Positions 59,896 through 64,000 of a stretch of DNA of 64,000 nt are shown here, one piece after another. The stretch is from positions 11,727 to 75,726 of IMG/VR virus record IMGVR_UViG_3300031760_000033. One strand, written 5' to 3'. Position 1 is the stretch's first letter. Each line of letters starts with the position of its first letter. The notes beneath the pieces are model-generated. The model searched no databases and was not told the origin of the DNA. It was given only the letters and a program-made list of their open reading frames with translations. The DNA is from a virus (lineage: Duplodnaviria > Caudoviricetes). A program made the position numbers and the translations under genes.

Positions 59896-60270
59896 TTACT
59901 TTTTGATGATTTTGAACTTGCCACTATGAAGCCACCGGCGTATCTCCTGCCAGTTTTTTCGATATGGCGGGTCTTTATAGTTGTCAAGGATGCAGTCAAC
60001 ACAAGCGGTGATTACATCCATATCTTTCTTTGGCACGAGCACGAACTCTTCTTTGATGTTCTTGGCTTTCTCATACTCCTGCGCCGTGATACGCCTGATG
60101 CCACACTCTTCAAGTGCTGCGTTGTATTTCGATATGTCGAATCCGTATCGAAGACCAACCTCCTCAATGAAGTTGTCAAGGGTCTCACCGGCATACGAGA
60201 TACCTCCAGTATCAGTGTTGTCATCGTGAAGTTTTATTTTCTTCGCGATAGCTCTTGTTACTCTCATCAT
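59896..60270 (-). CDS. Hypothetical protein
   Basis: 124-aa ORF. Confidence 0.6.
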   Translation of the reverse strand: MMRVTRAIAKKIKLHDDNTDTGGISYAGETLDNFIEEVGLRYGFDISKYNAALEECGIRRITAQEYEKAKNIKEEFVLVPKKDMDVITACVDCILDNYKDPPYRKNWQEIRRWLHSGKFKIIKK

Positions 60271-60273
60271 AGC

Positions 60274-60453
60274 TTAGTCCTCCACTTCTGTACCGTCGAG
60301 ATTGCGGTTGTTGAGCAGGTTCTCGGCGAGTGCCATGTCCGACATATTGAGCATTGTGTCGTTTGCTTTGATGCGGGCTGCATCCTCGCTGGACGCTTGT
60401 ACGGTAATATCCACATGAGTGGTATAAAGAAATCTTACTGTGTATTGTTTCAT
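60274..60453 (-). CDS. DpnD/PcfM-like small protein (59 aa, not in track)
   Basis: MKQYTVRFLYTTHVDITVQASSEDAARIKA...; paralog of 61976-62143. Confidence 0.65.
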   Translation of the reverse strand: MKQYTVRFLYTTHVDITVQASSEDAARIKANDTMLNMSDMALAENLLNNRNLDGTEVED

Positions 60454-60471
60454 TTTGAACCTCCTTTCTTG

Positions 60472-60654
60472 TTAGCAGATGCAGTAGCAGTCATCGACAT
60501 TGTTGTAGGTCAGGAAGAACCCCTGTTTTTCAAGTTCGAGCTGCAACTCGGTGATTTGCATATCGGTCATCGCATCCAACTCCCGATACTCGTCGCTGCC
60601 CTTGCAATAGGTCTCGCAATGGGCGTATTTTTTAACTAAATCTTCTTTTACCAT
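60472..60654 (-). CDS. Small acidic hypothetical protein
   Basis: Start MVKEDL at 60654. Confidence 0.55.
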   Translation of the reverse strand: MVKEDLVKKYAHCETYCKGSDEYRELDAMTDMQITELQLELEKQGFFLTYNNVDDCYCIC

Positions 60655-60665
60655 GATGATTGATT

Positions 60666-60911
60666 TTATTGGTTGATGAATACTTGTTCCGGATTGTGCT
60701 CCAGTTTGTCCCAATCGACGTTCTGATGAGGCTCAACTGGCTCGACGTGGACGTTACGGAGTCCGATGCCGCACTCTTCTGTTACGAAGTTGGGCTGAAT
60801 GGCCAGACCGAGGGCGAAATGGTCTTTCTCCTCTTGTGGCATATCGGCATAGTAGCTGTTGTCGTCCTGTTCGTATTCGATGCGGACTACCGCGTTGACG
60901 ACTCGTTTCAT
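60666..60911 (-). CDS. Hypothetical protein
   Basis: 81 aa with ATGA coupling. Confidence 0.6.
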   Translation of the reverse strand: MKRVVNAVVRIEYEQDDNSYYADMPQEEKDHFALGLAIQPNFVTEECGIGLRNVHVEPVEPHQNVDWDKLEHNPEQVFINQ

Positions 60912-61174
60912 GCTTGGTCTCCTTTCTTGATTGCGTCAATTTGTGCTTGTAGGGCAACAATCTTGGCCCTCTCCTCTGGTGTGAGGAATTTGACATGCTT
61001 GTTGACCAGTTCCGTCAGGGCCTCAAAGTCTTTTTTCTTGTCGAACATACCTTTCACGAAGGGATTGTGATAGCAGACGAATGTCTTGGCAATGGTCATG
61101 TCGAAGTATAGACCTCCAAAATGCACTCTCATTTCCGCATAATAGCCATCGGCATCGGATGGGGAGAATGCCAT
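60908..61174 (-). CDS. Hypothetical protein
   Basis: 88-aa ORF. Confidence 0.6.
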   Translation of the reverse strand: MAFSPSDADGYYAEMRVHFGGLYFDMTIAKTFVCYHNPFVKGMFDKKKDFEALTELVNKHVKFLTPEERAKIVALQAQIDAIKKGDQA

Positions 61175-61279
61175 TCTTACCTCCTCATTAAGGATGGCTT
61201 TTTTTCAAGGATGTGTGGAGTCTGGAGAGAGCGGACTCGCAAGCGCTCTTTTTCTTTGTGTTTTCCATGATAGATTTTT

Positions 61280-61480
61280 TTATTTGTTTGTATTGATTTT
61301 GAAGTACCAGCGACTACGTTTGTGTTCTACAATGTAGTTGCTCAGGTACATGTTTGTGAACGTGTTGAAGATACGGTTGTCATCTGTGATGAAGAGAGAA
61401 AGGGAGTGAAAATACTCGTTGATTAACTCCTGCAATTTCTCTTTTGTTGGCGCCGATGCCAAGATGCCCGTCTTTGTCAT
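61280..61480 (-). CDS. Hypothetical protein
   Basis: ILAS.PT.EKLQ.LINEYF...RWYF. Confidence 0.6.
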   Translation of the reverse strand: MTKTGILASAPTKEKLQELINEYFHSLSLFITDDNRIFNTFTNMYLSNYIVEHKRSRWYFKINTNK

Positions 61481-61734
61481 AGTGCTGTGGTGTTGAGGTT
61501 AATTACGATGCACCACCAGCCACCATCAAGCTCTTCGTCGTTGTACATTTCCTCGAAGTCTGCGAGGTTGGGTGACGGCTCTGCTCCCCAACCATAATGC
61601 TCCGTGTCAAAGAAATGCACTTCGTCATCATCCAACTCGTCCAGCATTTCCATGATGGTCTCTGGCCTGAAATTGTCGAATGTATGACGCTCATACTTTT
61701 TGGAATTATCTACTTTGTAGAACGCGAGTATCAT
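61477..61734 (-). CDS. Highly acidic hypothetical protein
   Basis: About 21 D/E versus 5 K/R in 85 aa. Confidence 0.65.
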   Translation of the reverse strand: MILAFYKVDNSKKYERHTFDNFRPETIMEMLDELDDDEVHFFDTEHYGWGAEPSPNLADFEEMYNDEELDGGWWCIVINLNTTAL

Positions 61735-61765
61735 TGTGTTATCTCCTATTTTTATTTGTTAATTA

Positions 61766-61963
61766 CTAATTGCATTGCTTGTCGCCGAATATCCAATCAA
61801 GGGCATCAGCGTTGTAACGGTCGATTACATTCCACTCCACCAGATAGTCGAGGACTCGTTCAATCTTTGCCTGAACAGCATCCTGCTGGCTGAGTGGTTG
61901 CGAGAACATGTGGCACAAGTCCTCGACATCGCAAATCTTTGGGTAGGGATTTCCGTCTGCCAT
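61766..61963 (-). CDS. Small hypothetical protein
   Basis: 65-aa ORF. Confidence 0.55.
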   Translation of the reverse strand: MADGNPYPKICDVEDLCHMFSQPLSQQDAVQAKIERVLDYLVEWNVIDRYNADALDWIFGDKQCN

Positions 61964-61975
61964 ATCAGATGAGGT

Positions 61976-62143
61976 TTATTTGATTTCAGTAACATCCGTT
62001 TCGTTGTCCGGAACCATATTGTCAAGCAACTGGTCCATGTCGTATTCGAGGTTTTCGGCCATGTCGATAGCCTCTTCTTTGCTTGCTGCCTCCACTTGAA
62101 AATCTACAAATGTGTGAAGGTAAAATCTAACATTGTACTTCAT
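61976..62143 (-). CDS. DpnD/PcfM-like small protein (55 aa, not in track)
   Basis: MKYNVRFYLHTFVDFQVEAASKEEAIDMA... Confidence 0.65.
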   Translation of the reverse strand: MKYNVRFYLHTFVDFQVEAASKEEAIDMAENLEYDMDQLLDNMVPDNETDVTEIK

Positions 62144-62162
62144 TTTGATTGATATTTAAGGT

Positions 62163-62447
62163 TTAACCAAATATTTCCTCGATGTCGTAGTCAGGAAACT
62201 CGGAGTCGTCAGATGTGTCGTTGTCAACCATCCAATCGGCTCCAGCATCCAAGATGTCATCGTATAGTATCGGGTCTGCCATCCGCAGAGGACAGCGGTC
62301 GCGTCCGATAATTGAAAGTGCGTGTTGGTAACGAGACTCGAAGTCCTCAACATTATCAATGATGTACTGCACCATTTCTGCAGGTGCATCCGTTGAATCA
62401 AAGTCTTTACATGTAAACATGGTCTGAACATTTTGTTTGTCCTTCAA
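62163..62447 (-). CDS. Highly acidic hypothetical protein
   Basis: About 24 D/E versus 7 K/R in 94 aa; start could be the later MFTC. Confidence 0.6.
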   Translation of the reverse strand: MKDKQNVQTMFTCKDFDSTDAPAEMVQYIIDNVEDFESRYQHALSIIGRDRCPLRMADPILYDDILDAGADWMVDNDTSDDSEFPDYDIEEIFG

Positions 62448-62598
62448 TTAACTGGAGATAGATGTTTGTGTAACGTTCGCGCTCCGAACCCTCACAACAC
62501 ATCATACCCTCTTTGTATTTCTTGATTGCTGCGCTACGGGAAAGAGTTTCCTCACGTCCGTAGCAGGTAACAGTTACCATATCTTTTTTATTTGCCAT
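62407..62598 (-). CDS. Conserved small phage protein
   Basis: VTCYG...R..A...Y.EGM.CCEGSERERY..IY..L..G. Confidence 0.65.
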   Translation of the reverse strand: MANKKDMVTVTCYGREETLSRSAAIKKYKEGMMCCEGSERERYTNIYLQLIEGQTKCSDHVYM

Positions 62599-62616
62599 GG
62601 CTATTGTTTGTCGTTG

Positions 62617-62889
62617 TTAATAATGCCGTATTTTTATGTCGTAGTTTTCGCTTTTTATCTCTATCTTCGTGTCGATAGAAGAGTTGGGATAACAGAGGCG
62701 GGTGATAATAAACTGGTCGTGGTGGTTCCACTCGCTATACTGCAAATTGAACTTTCCATCCTCCGAACAGTATATCTTGATAGATGACGTTTTGACTTCT
62801 CTGCCGATGGACACCTTTATCCACTCGACGAACTTTTCTCTTTCCCTGATGAGCTTGTCCTCATCGAAAATAAATTCTTTTGTTTCCAT
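62617..62889 (-). CDS. Hypothetical protein
   Basis: 90-aa ORF. Confidence 0.55.
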   Translation of the reverse strand: METKEFIFDEDKLIREREKFVEWIKVSIGREVKTSSIKIYCSEDGKFNLQYSEWNHHDQFIITRLCYPNSSIDTKIEIKSENYDIKIRHY

Positions 62890-62901
62890 GATATTGTGAT
62901 T

Positions 62902-63219
62902 TTAATGGTTGTAATTGTCAATACTGCGGTTGCACTCTTCGTAGAACTCCTTGCAGTTGTCGTAACTGTGAATGAGGTCTGTGTACCCCACGGACAACTC
63001 ATCCACATAGTTGATGAGGTCTTTCTTGGTGTACTTTTTGGCATCCTCACCGAGGAACTCTAACAACTCAAAGATGTCGAACCATACCACGAAGTGAAAC
63101 CTCTTGAAGCGTGTCCGTGCATCGTTGATTATCTGGCCAAACACTCCAAAGTAGAAGTTGTGGCACATATCGTTGTTGACCTCGTGGAGTTTCACTCGTT
63201 TTGTTATCTTGATTTCCAT
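62902..63219 (-). CDS. Hypothetical protein
   Basis: Probable start MEIKITK at 63219. Confidence 0.65.
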   Translation of the reverse strand: MEIKITKRVKLHEVNNDMCHNFYFGVFGQIINDARTRFKRFHFVVWFDIFELLEFLGEDAKKYTKKDLINYVDELSVGYTDLIHSYDNCKEFYEECNRSIDNYNH

Positions 63220-63235
63220 GATGTTAATTGTTTGC

Positions 63236-63315
63236 GGTTGAATTAAAGGGGCATTGTCGGCTGCCCCTCGGTCAACCTTAAAATCTATCAATGGTACACC
63301 TGCCGACACAAGTGT
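63236..63315 (-). ncRNA. Second intergenic kissing-loop RNA
   Basis: HP1 ACACTT[GTGTCGGC]AGGTGT; HP2 GGTTGA-CCG-AGGGGCA[GCCGACAA]TGCCCCT-TTAAT-TCAACC; 7-bp loop-loop complement. Confidence 0.65.
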
Positions 63316-63326
63316 TCACACAACAT

Positions 63327-63584
63327 TCATTCTTCGTTTCTCATTCCACACTTACGGAATAGTTCGTAGATGATAGGCTCCATAGCCTTCGGCATCCACC
63401 GTGCTGGGCCATAAGTCTCTTCGTATGGAAGCCATGTGTCATCGACATACAACTCAATATCCATACCTCCGTAATTCTGAGGCTCACGTCCCACAACAAA
63501 GAACCAGCGGACAGAACATCCGTCTCGGTCCACCTCAACAACGATGCGTCCGTCTTTGTACTTTTTGCTTGCCGTGCTTTTCAT
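63327..63584 (-). CDS. Hypothetical protein
   Basis: 85 aa with ATGA coupling. Confidence 0.6.
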   Translation of the reverse strand: MKSTASKKYKDGRIVVEVDRDGCSVRWFFVVGREPQNYGGMDIELYVDDTWLPYEETYGPARWMPKAMEPIIYELFRKCGMRNEE

Positions 63585-63979
63585 AGTAATGCTGCTTTAA
63601 GTACGGTACGCGGTGTCTTTCTCTCATAGATGGCCTCGCCATTGGAGAACTGAGCTGTCTTGACCAACTGCTCCTCAGCACATGCCTGTGCAATCTTCTC
63701 GCAATCGGCCTTGATGCTGTCTAGCCATGAGGTCAGGCGTTTCTCCAACCCCTTGCGGTGCATGGTGGCCAGACCTTTGTTGATGGCATGGTGGCCGTCC
63801 TGATACTTGTCGTTAATCAGGCAGAGGGCGAGATAGTTTGTGTCGCCGTCTTGGAGATAATATCCGTCATACCACTCGTCCTCCAACTCAATGTTGTAGT
63901 CGATATTGCCGCCTTCAAAGTACGCGGAACGGATGCCGATTTGTACCTTGGCAAAATAACTCTCACCGCCATAGGTCAT
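63581..63979 (-). CDS. Hypothetical protein
   Basis: 132-aa ORF near the window edge; GIRSAYFEG...FSNGEA.Y. Confidence 0.6.
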   Translation of the reverse strand: MTYGGESYFAKVQIGIRSAYFEGGNIDYNIELEDEWYDGYYLQDGDTNYLALCLINDKYQDGHHAINKGLATMHRKGLEKRLTSWLDSIKADCEKIAQACAEEQLVKTAQFSNGEAIYERKTPRTVLKAALL

Positions 63980-64000
63980 GCTGTACGAGCGTTCGGCTGC

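Noticed and set aside
61228-61253. tRNA 3'-end remnant or terminator hairpin (AGAGCG/CGCTCT)
   Set aside because: Lies inside a plausible 26-aa - strand micro-ORF, has no T-loop consensus, and its T-tract is on the non-coding strand.
1-64000. Stop-codon reassignment (TAG or TGA recoding as in some gut phages)
   Set aside because: Genes are long and intact under code 11, and TAG/TGA stops abut or overlap downstream starts.
1-64000. Integrase, TnpA, invertase/shufflon, capsid or terminase genes
   Set aside because: No corresponding motifs recognised; lifestyle and head module cannot be determined from this window.

Overview
Internal 64-kb segment of a large tailed dsDNA phage, probably a siphovirus of a Bacteroidota (Prevotella/Bacteroides-like) host. 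The host inference rests on repeated TAnnTTTG sigma-A promoter boxes, A-rich leaders mostly without Shine-Dalgarno sequences, and a DUF3127-type SSB. Layout: (1) 9-22334, + strand: tape measure, GH108 endolysin/holin/u-spanin, tail hub, a 2218-aa tail fibre, a complete diversity-generating retroelement (VR1, Avd, TR inside the RT ORF, RT) and a Dit-like gene. (2) 22386-48673, - strand: DNA metabolism and replication (HU, SSB, RecT, MBL nuclease, SMC-like ATPase, primase-helicase, initiator with iterons, HNH, MazG, ASCH, MTase-like). (3) 48871-51940: a counter-oriented six-gene cassette of unknown function. (4) 52048-53244: a solo TnpB. (5) 53284-63979: small early genes. Main discoveries: the DGR has a second, remote target (VR2, 56398-56520) 36 kb away on the opposite strand, in a small signal-less early gene. 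The two VRs differ from TR in loop length (AAC x4, x5, x6) and share a C-TTTGAY-G-capped hairpin 36-37 nt after the IMH. There are also three tRNA-like elements with destroyed anticodon arms, two intergenic kissing-loop RNAs, two stand-alone DnaA domain-IV paralogs, and an HExxH protein with a catalytically dead paralog. All family calls are from motif recognition by eye; no database searches were run.
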